Below, in pieces: positions 42,073 through 61,800 of a stretch of DNA of 64,000 nucleotides (its first letter is position 1; every line of letters starts with the position of its first letter). The position numbers were made by a program, and so were the translations under genes. The stretch comes from the human T2T-CHM13v2.0 reference genome, Homo sapiens: NCBI RefSeq assembly GCF_009914755.1, contig NC_060941.1. One strand, 5' to 3'. The notes under the pieces were generated by a model that was not told the origin of the DNA, searched no databases, and saw only the letters and a list, made by a program, of their open reading frames with translations.

Positions 42073-42578
42073 CCCTCCTGCGGCCCTAGCGACCCTCAGG
42101 CTTCTTCCCCAGGAAGCGGGGTCTTGGCCTGGAACCTTCCAGAGAGGAGGCGGGAGCAATTTTAGCCCCACCCTGCTCCCATCTGCCCCCCTGCAACAGT
42201 CGCAGGCTGCTTCCTCTCTCTGAGTTCCTCTGGGCTGCCGCAGGCTCCCCTGGGAATAGAGCAAGACGTGAGTCCTAACCTGGCCACAGCTGGGGGAGGC
42301 AGAGCCAGCAGGTGGACAGGTGTTTGCAGGGGCCCAACTTCCCCTGGAGCTCAGAGGTGTCCCCACTGTACCAGCCTCTGATAAGCTGCCTCCAGTTGTC
42401 CTTTATGAACATTGCAGGGACAACCTGTGTTTGCCAGCTGGGTGTTCCGTGTAAATAGCCAGCCTGTCTCTTTCTCGGTGATAAAACACACCCTCTCTGG
42501 TGAGCCCAGCGTCCCCTCCTTGGCTTCCAGGAGCCCTGGGAAGCATTTTTAACTGGGTAGAATCTGACTGTGGCTTGA

Positions 42579-42584
42579 AATAAA
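42579..42584 (+). terminator. CACNG1 polyadenylation signal AATAAA
   Basis: AATAAA ~500 nt after the stop codon; no earlier one noticed. Confidence 0.85.
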
Positions 42585-43129
42585 AAGCTCTCAGAAAACT
42601 CATGCTTTCCTGGAGCCTTGCATAGAAATCGCTCGGATTCCCAGTCACATCAGGGGCTCCCCTGACGCCGAATGAGAAGGAAAGGCCGGTCACCCGGGTA
42701 TGTTGAGGTCTTTTGTGGGGACAAGAGGGCAACGCACGTGGCTTAGAGGCTCTGAATTCCAACTCGTATCTCTAGGCCCTGAGATTGTTTTCGGGAGAAA
42801 CTAGAAACCCTCTGATGAAGCAAGGGTGTTAAAAATAGGAGGGGTTATTTCTAGAGCCTGGCATGCAACGCACCTGGTGCCAACACAGCGCTAAAGCAGC
42901 CAGCCAGTGTCTGATTTCTGATGTTGGATTTTTCTTGTGAAGAACATCAGGAAGCAGGGCTTAGCAGTTAGACACTTAGGGCCACATGGAGAGCCATGAT
43001 TTGCACTCTTCTGCCTTCCAAAACCCCGCAGTACTTGCCCAGGCTTCCAAAGTGGAGTTCAGACATGATCGGCAGATGGGATCCTTGCCTTGCACCCCGG
43101 AGAACCCACTGGAGTTCACGCTTCTAGGG

Positions 43130-43940
<811 letters not shown>

Positions 43941-44253
43941 TTCTGGAGGAAAACTACAACCATCAGCCCCCATATCAACCTCTTACTGGTCCCATCTAAA
44001 AGCTGAGGGGAAGTTCATTATTTCAGTTCGCCTGCGGTATCTCGGGGGTGTGGGCTGGGCTAGGAGGGGTGTCAGAGGAGACTCACTCAAAGACGCAAAG
44101 ATCCAGCCAGGAAACAAACTTGCTCCAGGTAAAGGAGAATCAGAAGATGACTGTCCTGGCCAGCCAGGGAGCTGGGGCCATGATTTATGAGTAAGAAGGA
44201 AGAGCGATAACTTCATCCCATTGATAACCATTTTGGAGGTTGATATTATTGGT

Positions 44254-46115
<1,862 letters not shown>

Positions 46116-46209
46116 TTCTCAGCGTTTTTACATCCATCATCTTCCGTGAGGCAAAGAAGGCAGCAGAGGCAGGACCAGCAACTAGTTCATCAAGATCCAG
46201 ACTTAAGTG

Positions 46210-46740
46210 TGATTTTTTAAGAACTGTGGTAAAATACACATAACGTAAAATTACCATCTTAATCACATTTTCGTGTAGAGTTCAATCACGTTAAATACAC
46301 TCGCATTGTTGTGCAACTCTGAACACCGTGCATCTCCAGAACTCTTCGTCATCCCAAACTGAAACTCACAAGCACTAACTCTGCGTCCTCTCCTTCCCAC
46401 AGCCACTCTTCCACTTTCTGTCTCTGGGAGTTTGACTCCTCTAGGTACCTCGGGATCAGCGGAATCATGGAGTATTGGTCCTTTTGTGACGGGCTCATTT
46501 CCCTCGACTGCTAATGCCTTTAAGGTTCATTTGCACGGTACCAGGTATCAGAACTCCCTTCCTTTTTCAGGCTCAGCAATATCCCACTCTACGTATTCCC
46601 ATATTTTGTTTATCCACTCATCCACTGATGGACGCTGGGTTGTTTCCAACTCTTGGCTCTTGTGATTTACTGCTGCTATCAACACGGGTTCATGCTCTGC
46701 TTCAGGCCCTGCTTTTGGTTGTTTTGGATGCACTGACTGG
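46210..46740 (-). mobile_element. L1MB-like 3' end
   Basis: gtggtaaaatacacataacgtaaaattaccatcttaatc...ttttgtttatccactcatccactgatggac. Confidence 0.75.
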
Positions 46741-46784
46741 GACATTTTTAAAAAATTAAAATTAATGCAAAATCTCCACAATTA

Positions 46785-47251
<467 letters not shown>

Positions 47252-47892
47252 TTACCAATCCTCACTTGGCCTCTGCCCAGGTTCCTGGGAGAACCAAGAG
47301 ATGGCTCCCTCTCTCTCTGGCCAGCACACGGTAGGACCTGCTCCAGTGGCTTGGTGCTTAGTTCCTCCTTAAACTGAAAATTTCAAGGATCTCTGTGTAC
47401 CTCTATTTTTTTTTTCTGGCTGTGCCGGTAAAGACGGATTTTAATCACAGCCTATCGCAATATTTCCCCTGCCAGTGTGACTTGTTCCATTTTGACCAAA
47501 TATTTTATTTACAAATCCATTTCTAATTTATACCCTGCCCACTTTCAGAAATGATTAGAAGTGGAGACAAGGTATTAATAAACCTATGATGTGGAACATA
47601 TCTATTAAACCAATGATTGGTATTCAGGCTGGGATGCAGCTGCCCCTGGCTTCCCCAAGCCTTCATTTCTCAGTCTCACTCAATTGCAACCACTGAGGCC
47701 ATAAATTAATCCCCACACAAGGCATTGATCCTGCACATTGGAGAAAGTTAATTAAGGTCATTGCCATTACAAGCAGCGATACTTTCTATTCTTTTGGCTT
47801 TGCTTCTGACAAGAATTTTTGCCTAAATGTGAAAGCCTGGACTTTTTGGAAATTTTCGTCATTTAGGGGATATGACTTTCATACACAGCTAG

Positions 47893-48845
<953 letters not shown>

Positions 48846-49187
48846 CCAACCCATGACTTTTCTTAACCAAACCGACTCTGCCTTTTTTGTTCCCTCACTT
48901 TGATGGGCACCCTATGTACCTATGCCCCCAAGCCAGAAGTTGCTGTCATTTCTTGGACTCCTATCGTGCTCACTAAGCCAAGTCTCGCAGATTCTGCTTC
49001 TGAAATGACTCCCAAATCCATCTCCTCATTTTCGTTCTTTCTGTCACTGCCTAAGGGCTCTCTGACCCTCTCGCTGTCACTGGTGAGCACTGACTGCTCT
49101 GGAGAACACTGTCTCTCAAACATTCCAAGCCAGCTGACATCCCTCCCACACAGGGCCTCCTTCACTTAAACAAACACATGCTTACTG

Positions 49188-50003
<816 letters not shown>

Positions 50004-50127
50004 GCTGATGATCAACATTGCGTGCCAGGCTAGGCACTGTGCTAAACTAGAATAAAACAAGGAATAAATTACAGTCCTGTCCTTCAGGAACTCAGAGTTC
50101 AATGGCAGATGATTTTAAAGTAAAGTG

Positions 50128-50439
<312 letters not shown>

Positions 50440-50454
50440 GTAAAGTCCTATGAG

Positions 50455-51839
<1,385 letters not shown>

Positions 51840-52267
51840 TCAGGAGGGTTCCTTGGAAGCATAGAAGGGGCATGTGGCCTGGCACTCTCTACCCTACTTG
51901 TTCTGCAGGGCCCAGCTCAGACATTATAAGGTGAGATGTTCTCCATCTCCTCAGGGCAAAATTCATGCTTCTCTCCTATTTGACACTTTGTTCATATTTC
52001 TAATACTTACCTCATTGTAGTATAGCTCATTGGGCCACATGCTTTGTTGATTATAAATTCTTTGAAAGTAAGGCCTGTATTTTCTGCAGAATCATCCTGC
52101 CAGCTAGAATCACCCCCTCCCCACAATCCTTTTGCCAAATCCTCTGCACAGCAGCACACGGTGGCCTCAGGACATGCTAATGCAGTGAATAAGCTCATGA
52201 ACTAAAGTGCTGTCAGAGAGGGAATGGGCAGGAGGGACGCATGCAATGATGCTACAAAAAAGAATCG

Positions 52268-53152
<885 letters not shown>

Positions 53153-56100
53153 AGATTTCTAGAAGTATAATTACACTAGATCACAGTTTATTTTTTTCCA
53201 AAAAAGTTGACCTTCCACTCTGTTAGCTGAGCCAGCCCAGCAGGAATTGTCTGTGGTCCTCGACAGCCACACTGAGACTTGATTCGTCAAGATGAAGCCT
53301 ATTCCCTCACCCATCTCCCAATCATCTTCTGTTAATTTTGTCCCAAGTTATACAACTTGCTTTAAACCTGGTTCTAAGTCTAAGAGGATTGAATCTGCAA
53401 AACTTCGTCTAAGAAAAGGAGCCTAGAGCACCCACGTCTGTTTAGCTTTGGAAAATCACGCACATCCCTGAATTCTAAACAGATGGAAGACTTAACCAGC
53501 AGGTGGGTTTGGGGACCAGGCATGAAGACAAGGCCACCTACTGCTGTGACTTCCGGACCTTCCATTTAGGCTCCCGTGTATCTTTTGCCTATAAAGGAAA
53601 CAAAACTCAGAAGACTAATTGGAACATTTCCGAGTTTCCTTTGCAAGGTCTCCAAAACTTTCAGGCACTCCCCTCCTACATCCAAAATGGCTTGTCATCA
53701 GTGTTTCTGTTCAATCTGGGAGCAAATGACATCAAAACTCCATCCTCCCACGGCTCCGTGTGCAGGGGAGCATAGCATGTGAGCCGAGTGTCCAGCTGGC
53801 CATGCCTACCTTCAGAGTCCTTCACTGGCTCCTCCAGATCACCTCGCCAGCACCACTTTGTTCTCAGGGAATTGCAGCACAATTTCCTGAAACAAAGGTT
53901 CAAATCAATTTGCAGAGCAGCAGTTTTAATGAGCTAAGAGTGGGATAATACCATAGGTTTTGCAAGCTGCAGCTTCTATTCAATTTAATTACCTTCCCTT
54001 GTGGATTTCAAATCAACCAGAGCTTCAGACAAAGGGGGAATTTCATCACATTCCCAGAACACTGCATGGCAGGTATATGCCTACAGACCAGAATGTGCTA
54101 AAGTAGGCAGCATCCATCAAAACTGACATAACCATGGTGAAGCTGTCAGGTGAAGGGTTCTAACAGTGATACCAGGCAAGACAGAAAATACTCATGAATG
54201 CTAACGCTTTGTCACTGCTCGGAGAACCATGTGGAATGGGCAGAGACAACACCGGACAAGACAGCTTACTCCTCCTTCATCCCAAGCCATCACTCTCCTG
54301 CCAAGTGTTGTCATAAGGCCACACTGTGTGGGCAAAGAATGTCAGGCAAATAATGTCAACGGGGAGGGGAGAGCATCTTTAAGCTCTTCTCTCGATCAAA
54401 CCCCCAGATCCAGTTCAGCAAGCGTTCATCGAAAGCCTGCCATATAACAGGCACAGAGCTGGTGCTGGTGGTTTAGAGGTCTGAGGACATTATCTCTGCT
54501 TCCCAAGAGCTCTTAGACTCCCAACTATAACACAAAAATGGTGATAAGGGAGATATAAAGCTTAATTGCAAGCACAGAGACAAAGGGGCTAATTCCACCT
54601 GGGTAGTGTGGGAGGTGACATTGGGTCTCGACTAATCAGTATCCCTGAGGAGTGGGAGTCTGAGAGCTGATGGGCATGCTCCAAACAAAATTGAGAGGCC
54701 GGAAGATCAAGGGTTTGTTCAGAAAGTGACGGTGACTGATCTGCTACAACCTGGTATGTGCAATGCTCAGGAACATGCCTTGGGTGCCTCGAAATCCAGC
54801 TAAAAAATGTAGGATGTGATGGAGAGCCACTGAAGGCTTTTCAGCAAAAGAGTGGTACAGTCTATTTCAGAAAGGGAAATGGCTGCAGTTGGTAGCATGA
54901 ACTGAAAGTGAGGCAATGCAATCAACACAGGGCTCTTCAAATCTTAAGAGGATTTCCACCCATTAGGGAATTGATTTGTTAGGACAATACTATGTAACTC
55001 GAGCAGCAGAGTCAATTTCAGACTAAGTGCTCTTTGGCTGTTCAGAGCTAACCACAGGAATATCTGGATGCTCCAGTTTAAAAACGGCTGGGATGCCAGC
55101 ACTGCTTCTGCTAACCAGCTTTTGCTCTTCATACTTGACCTGCACTCCACATCGAATTTCCCATCTTGCAGTTTTGATGAAAGGAAGTGATTGTTTTATC
55201 AATTACATTTTCACACGAACTTTCATACCAATACCATTCTCAGAAAAATGCTTCAAATAGCATCAATATGGCATAGGGCTAACACCTGCGGCAGTCACAT
55301 CTGCATTTTCCCAGTGACAGTGGAGCCTTGGGGTTATTTCATCTAGAGCAGGGAACAGCTCAAGGAGTCCCCCAAATCCATTTGATTTATATGGAGAGAA
55401 GTTTTTATTTCTTAAGTCCAGATTTGATTGTCATATCAAATCATCTCAAAGCGAGATACCTAGCTTAAAATGGATTCACCGCAATGAGTACAAATGGTAC
55501 ATTGTCCTTAGGAAAGGCTGACCGTCCCATCTACTTACATTTACAAACTTGAAGCACAGTACATTCAAGCTAGATTTATGGTGCCACATTAATAGGATGT
55601 TAAAAATAAAATAGCCAGGGCACACAAAGCCTTCTGTGACCTGCTAATGCTTCTCAAAATCACATCATGGCAGATGCAAAGAATTATTTCCCCAAGAAAA
55701 ACAAGACCTTGACTCAGGGCAATTTTCTGCACAACCAGCATTTTTTTTTTTTTTTTGGATTGTTGAATTAATGCTTGGCACGCATTACTGTGAAGTGCAT
55801 GATTATACCTACATAATATATCACTACAAACTAGGTTTATGAGTTCTCAAATAAATTCTGGGCCGCATTAACAACTAAGTGACTTGTTAAGAGTAATTCA
55901 GGATAATTTTCTTAAATTTGTAAGATATTTGTTGAATGACTGTTTGAAAAGGGCTTATTTTCTCACTGACCACTGGAGATCTTTAAACTTTCAGGTAACA
56001 CGTTTAAGTCTTAAAAGCATTACTGCTGAAGTTAGGGGATTTAAGCCAAGTCACAAATGTCTGGAAAGTAGAGTTAGAACTTTACAAATTCACACTGAGT

Positions 56101-56252
56101 TCTCAGTTACATTCGTTTTACCATTTACTATTAGGAATAAAATCAAAGGGCTGTGCTTAACTTCAGTCAGACCTTTGACCTTAAGGGCAGAAGGAAGCAG
56201 AGAATTATAGTTCACACATAATAAACACATCTCCAAATTATTAAAAAGGCAT

Positions 56253-56258
56253 TTTATT
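56253..56258 (-). terminator. Distal poly(A) signal of the minus-strand gene
   Basis: TTTATT on + (AATAAA on -), upstream UGUA motifs (TACA at ~56264 and ~56288) and downstream GU/U-rich GATGTGTTTATTATGTGTG on -. Confidence 0.75.
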
Positions 56259-57849
56259 ATAAATACATTTTAGTTGTAGCAGTAAAATACATTTTGTTAC
56301 CATGAATCTTTGAAAACAAAAGAACTTCACTGAGACAATGAGCACACTGTAGGAACTGTAGACCCCAAGTTGAAAACTTGTTCTATGGAACCAAAGTAGC
56401 TAACGTAATTCCAAAACTAAGTTAGAAAAGATAAAGACAAAGAAAGAAGAAAATAAAAACCCTAGAGAGTGGCTTTGGGGTTATTTTATGGTACAAAGTC
56501 ACTTTTACTTTTAAGGATAAACTCTTTAGGTATTAGAGCCTCTTAGATGAGGTATCGTTTACTGCAAAGAAAAAAAATTGTTATAATTTTGCCATAAGTT
56601 ATGCCTATTTAGATGGCTGTATAACTGGTACTTTGAAGAGATGAACCTGACCACCTCAGTTTTGTACAGCTTCCCTCAGGAAGACTTCCCAAAATAAGAC
56701 TCAGTATGAATTTGCTAAGTAACTGATCTATGAAGTTAGCTGAACAAGTTTAGATAAGAACTATATGTATGAAGCATTAAAAAAAAATCCTGTGTCACTA
56801 ACAACAGGACCCTTTAATAAAATGCAAAACTCATTATCTTTATAATTTAGAAGAGAAGTATTTTAATCACCATATTTACCTAGGATACTACTACTACATA
56901 TAGCCAGTACCTTTATGGGGTTTAAAGAATCAGGTCAGATGACTGGCACAGAAATCAGATACAGTACAATGTCATATACATGGATTTATAGGAAGCAGGC
57001 ATGGTCTGGATTTATGAAAATCCAGGACCCTTCCTCTGTAAAGGGGGAGGCTGAGAAACATTCTCAGCTGCACTGACACTTTGGGACTTCAACCAGGACA
57101 AAGAGCCCTCTGACCTACTGAAAGATATAAAGAGGTCTTCGCATACAAGTTATCGTGCAAAGCAAAGTGTAAATAAACCGAAGCTCCCCTCTAAGTTGGG
57201 ACTGCATAAAGGAACCCAGGCTGAAAATATAAACAATCCTCTCCAAAGGTGAGCAAGCCTTTTCAGTAGGAAGGACTGTGTCTTAAGAAAACTCCAAAGC
57301 TGTATATTCTACGATGGTCTTCACGTGTACTTTTACACCTAAGTCATTCTGTATTCTATTACCATAAAAATAGCTTTTTTTTGTCTTTCTAGTAGCTCAG
57401 TAAATTCAAAGGCAAACTAAAAACCAGAAGCAGAGCCCAGTACCCCCCAAGATGCAGTCCAGATAAAACAGCAACAACACACAAATTAAACAATACCCAA
57501 AGACCTGACAGGTTTATTATATTATAGGCAGTTTCTTTCTCAAAAATAACTTGCTCATACATGTGCACCTATGACTTATGAATAATTCATGCTGTGTAGG
57601 TGGTAGATCCCCCTAGGCTGTTTTGCAAACACATATAGATTTTTTTAAAGGTAGCAAAGTAATCAGAGACATTTATTTTCTGCCATATGTAACACTTCAG
57701 GCTCTCTCTAACACCTGCTGGCATGGCAGAGAATCTAAAATAACTTTGTTAACCTGAGAAACACATAATTTGAAAAACAAATCCTTTGCCCTCACCACCC
57801 TCCCCCCACCAAAAAAAAAAATAATAATAACCATAAAAACTAAAACATT

Positions 57850-58156
<307 letters not shown>

Positions 58157-58656
58157 TTATTATTTAAGGATTATCTGTGGTTTTCGATGCTCCATGTCAC
58201 TGCCATCTTAGGACAGGGACTCCTGCACTTAGTGCCTCGATACATGCTAGGTGCACTCTCATGGCATTCTGATGGCTTCTTTCCAGGATTCTCACTTCCA
58301 TGCATGTGGATCAAGATTGACCCTAAGCACACCAAACAAATGCACAGCTTCCAGACTGATGTCCAGGCAGCAGCGTACACAAAAGCAAACTCACCCTAAA
58401 ACCAAAGAGCTCCTTCACCCTACTGCGGAAGAGCAGTGCAGACCCCAGCAGGGGTGAGAGTGAGGAGGGGTGGTGGCCAATCCAAAGGGCCTGTCGCTCC
58501 ATGGAGACCTTTCTCCACAAATGTTCCAGTCATGGCACCAGATTTATAAAAATGTCTCCAGAGATCAGTTTTTTACACTGAGTAAATAAATACATGGTTG
58601 AAAAGACGTTCAGACTCTGAAGGTCTCTGAGACTTTCAAACTGCGAGAATCAGACC

Positions 58657-58836
58657 CAGTGATTTTCAAAGTGTGGTTCCTGGACTGGCAGCATCAGCAT
58701 CGCCTGGAAACTTGTTGGAAATGCAAATCATCAGGCTCCAGACCAAAATCAGAAATGCTGGGGGTGGGTCCAGCTATCTGAATTTTAACAAGACCTCGAG
58801 GCAATTCTGATACTGGCTGAAGTTTGAGAACCATTG
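58657..58836. mobile_element. MER5A DNA transposon within the 3'UTR
   Basis: cagtgattttcaaagtgtggttcctgga..gcagcatcagcatc...aagtttgagaaccattg with terminal inverted repeats. Confidence 0.85.
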
Positions 58837-61800
58837 CTCCATCCTGTTCACAATTCTCAAATCTTAAAACAGGACAGATCTGTAAATAGTACTATGTGAC
58901 TTCTACTCTGTGTTGCAACCTATGTAATTTGCCACCCTTTCCCCTTTACTTCTCAAACATTAAAAAAGTATTAATGAAAACACTTCACAAAATCAACAAT
59001 TTCTTAAAAGGTAATATCGATTTCCCCTCCTCTACATAGTTCTAAGGCAGGCAATCACATGCTAGTATGCAAAGTAAAATACAGAAGAGACCTCATATAT
59101 GAGGTAGAAACAGTTAAAAAGACTCCCCACGAACATAATGAAAATTTCATAATATTGTTTAATGAACTCATAGAATTATATAAAACTTACTATGCTTTAT
59201 GCTTAATATCTGTATCAAAATAAAATCTCTCTGTTGAACAAATTGCAAATAAAGTCTGGTCTAATACTCTGATAACTGAAACTATATGAATGTCTCTGGG
59301 TTTTCTTAACACTCCAGTTTTAGACGCTTTAGACGACCACTGCGGAACTGGGTTTGGTATTTAACCACAGTTCACATTTCTAAGTCTAGATTCTTCTATT
59401 AGGTACCTCCCTCCAAAAAATTTTTAGAAACTCTGGTGACTGTTTCCTTAAACTTCACTCCAAAGTAGACATTCTCAATTGGTTCAAAAATTTTAAACGT
59501 TACATTAAAATTGTTTTTAAATCTCTTGAATCTCATATTCTAGTTTAAAGTAATAACAGGATGTGTTTAGTAAGATTCACTCCTTGCAACAATGGTCTTG
59601 ACATTACTGATTAAAAAGGTATGAAAGTAGAAAGTGTGAATTTAGCAGCTTTAAAGTCTCAGCTAATAAATGTCCATCCTCAAGCAGATGGGAAATGTGA
59701 GGAGCATATCATAATGAGCATTTTCAAGACTAACATGCCAGTTACTCTTTCAAGATGGAGATGGTGTCTTTGTAAGTGATTGGCACCACTACGTGATATT
59801 TTGAACAAGAAATCGTAGATAGAACATTACCTATTCTTTCTAATTTCTAGGCGGTTTGAATGTGGATCAGATGGCAAAGAGTGGAGACAAATCAGATCCA
59901 TTAAGACATTTATACCTTGAGATTCAGGAAGACATATAGCGCGGCAGTAGAAATTAAGGATTTTCATATGTTAAGGGGATGGCGAGCAAGAAATAATGTA
60001 CGGTAAATCATAAAAGACAAATTACTACCATTGAGGAGCTGGAGGGAAAAAAAAAAAACACAATGGCTAGCTTACATGACATTTGAAAGCACCAATTTGT
60101 ATCTTTCAATACATTTAAAGTTTTAACCTTGTATTTTTATAGATTCTTTCTGGGATTCCCTTTTTAAAAATAACTCCACTATAAAACAATGCTATAGAAG
60201 GTGTCTGTTTTTAAATGAGTATTTCAGTAAGTCTAATTTTCTTAATAACAATGGTTGAAATACTAAAATTTATCTTGAAATTGTTCTTCACACCCTGACT
60301 CTTAACAAAGGTGGCTCGCTCTAGCTAAGGGGGCTAGAGAAACATCTTTTACGTCTGCAGCTTTGCTCTTGACATGAAAAATATTAAACACATAAAATCA
60401 ACTACACTAGAGCAACACAATACTATATATTAATTATCCCAAAGTTGGGAAATTCATTAGCTTTCTCAGCAGCTCCAATGCCTCCATAAAAAAGGAGAGT
60501 ATTTTCATAAATTGGTCTTAGATGTTGCTATGTTTAATTAGGTAATGCTTATTCAGTGGGAATTCTGCTTATTTTACTTATTCTGCAGTTCTCTGAACTG
60601 AAAAGACCAGTTGATGTTTACATTAAACCTAAACTTATTCTAAAATCTGATGATTTAAAAAAAAAAAAAATCTACACAAAGCAGTTTGTTATTTCACGTG
60701 TAAAAAATGACCTGGATAGAAAGCACATCTGTGTGAGGAAAGGAAAATTAAGGTCATGTTAGTTTAAATGGTCAATAATTAACTACTGATTAATCAAAAA
60801 CAAAGTTCTGCTATAACAATTTGGCAAAGCATATGCCCAAATGACAACCAAAACCCCCTTTAAAGACACACAAGAAAATATCCATGTTACACGGAATGAG
60901 GTTCTTCAAATCGTAACAAAAGACCATTTTTAGATCATGAAAAGAATTTTTTCAGCATGAAGGCTCACTTTACAAACTCTATCATCCAAAATATCGTCTT
61001 TCAGGTTAAAAAAAAAGAAAATCTCAAGTAGCACTGAAATTAAAAAGTGAAACAAATATTCTGGCAAGAAAAAGAAAACTTCAGAGTGATACAAAGGACA
61101 AAGATGTAAAAAGACATTATGTGAACAATTAACCTCACTTAGAAAAAAATCTGCTCTGAAGAAATGGAAGCTGGTAATACTTGGTATTATCTGAGAGCTA
61201 TCATCAAGTTTTCTGGAAAAAAATTTTATATACATATACTATACATATATATGCATATATAAGGGTTGAACCTAGCATATAAGTTATGTTTCATAAATCT
61301 GATTTATGGGTACTTGCTACTACTACTCAAGTAATACCCAAAGAACATCAGCTGTACTCAGAAGACACGCCTCATTTTGATGGAAACTTGCAATGATTCT
61401 TACACAAGACGTGTTCAAAATGTTATAAGATACTATGCGTAAAGAGCAGGTTCTTTAAAGCATGGTTGGAAAGATGGCATTATGTAATGCTGAGGAAGAG
61501 TAAGCTTGTTGTAAGTCAAAATAAGCATTTGATGCAGAATCTAAGAAGAGTATCAGATGGAAGCAGCGTTAGAATCCTTGACTGGCTATGGAAATAAGGA
61601 ATGAGAAGTACTCATATACTCACAGCAGAGCGGTGGGCCAATAAGTAGCTATTATTTTTAGTTTTTAGAAATAACTGCTTAGAACAAGGATGTCATGACA
61701 ACTTAATAGCTTCCTTATCCAAAGCTTCCATCATCAACATATTTATATAAGGTGATGGGGTGCATACACGACCCCATGACCCTTAACTAAATATAAATAT

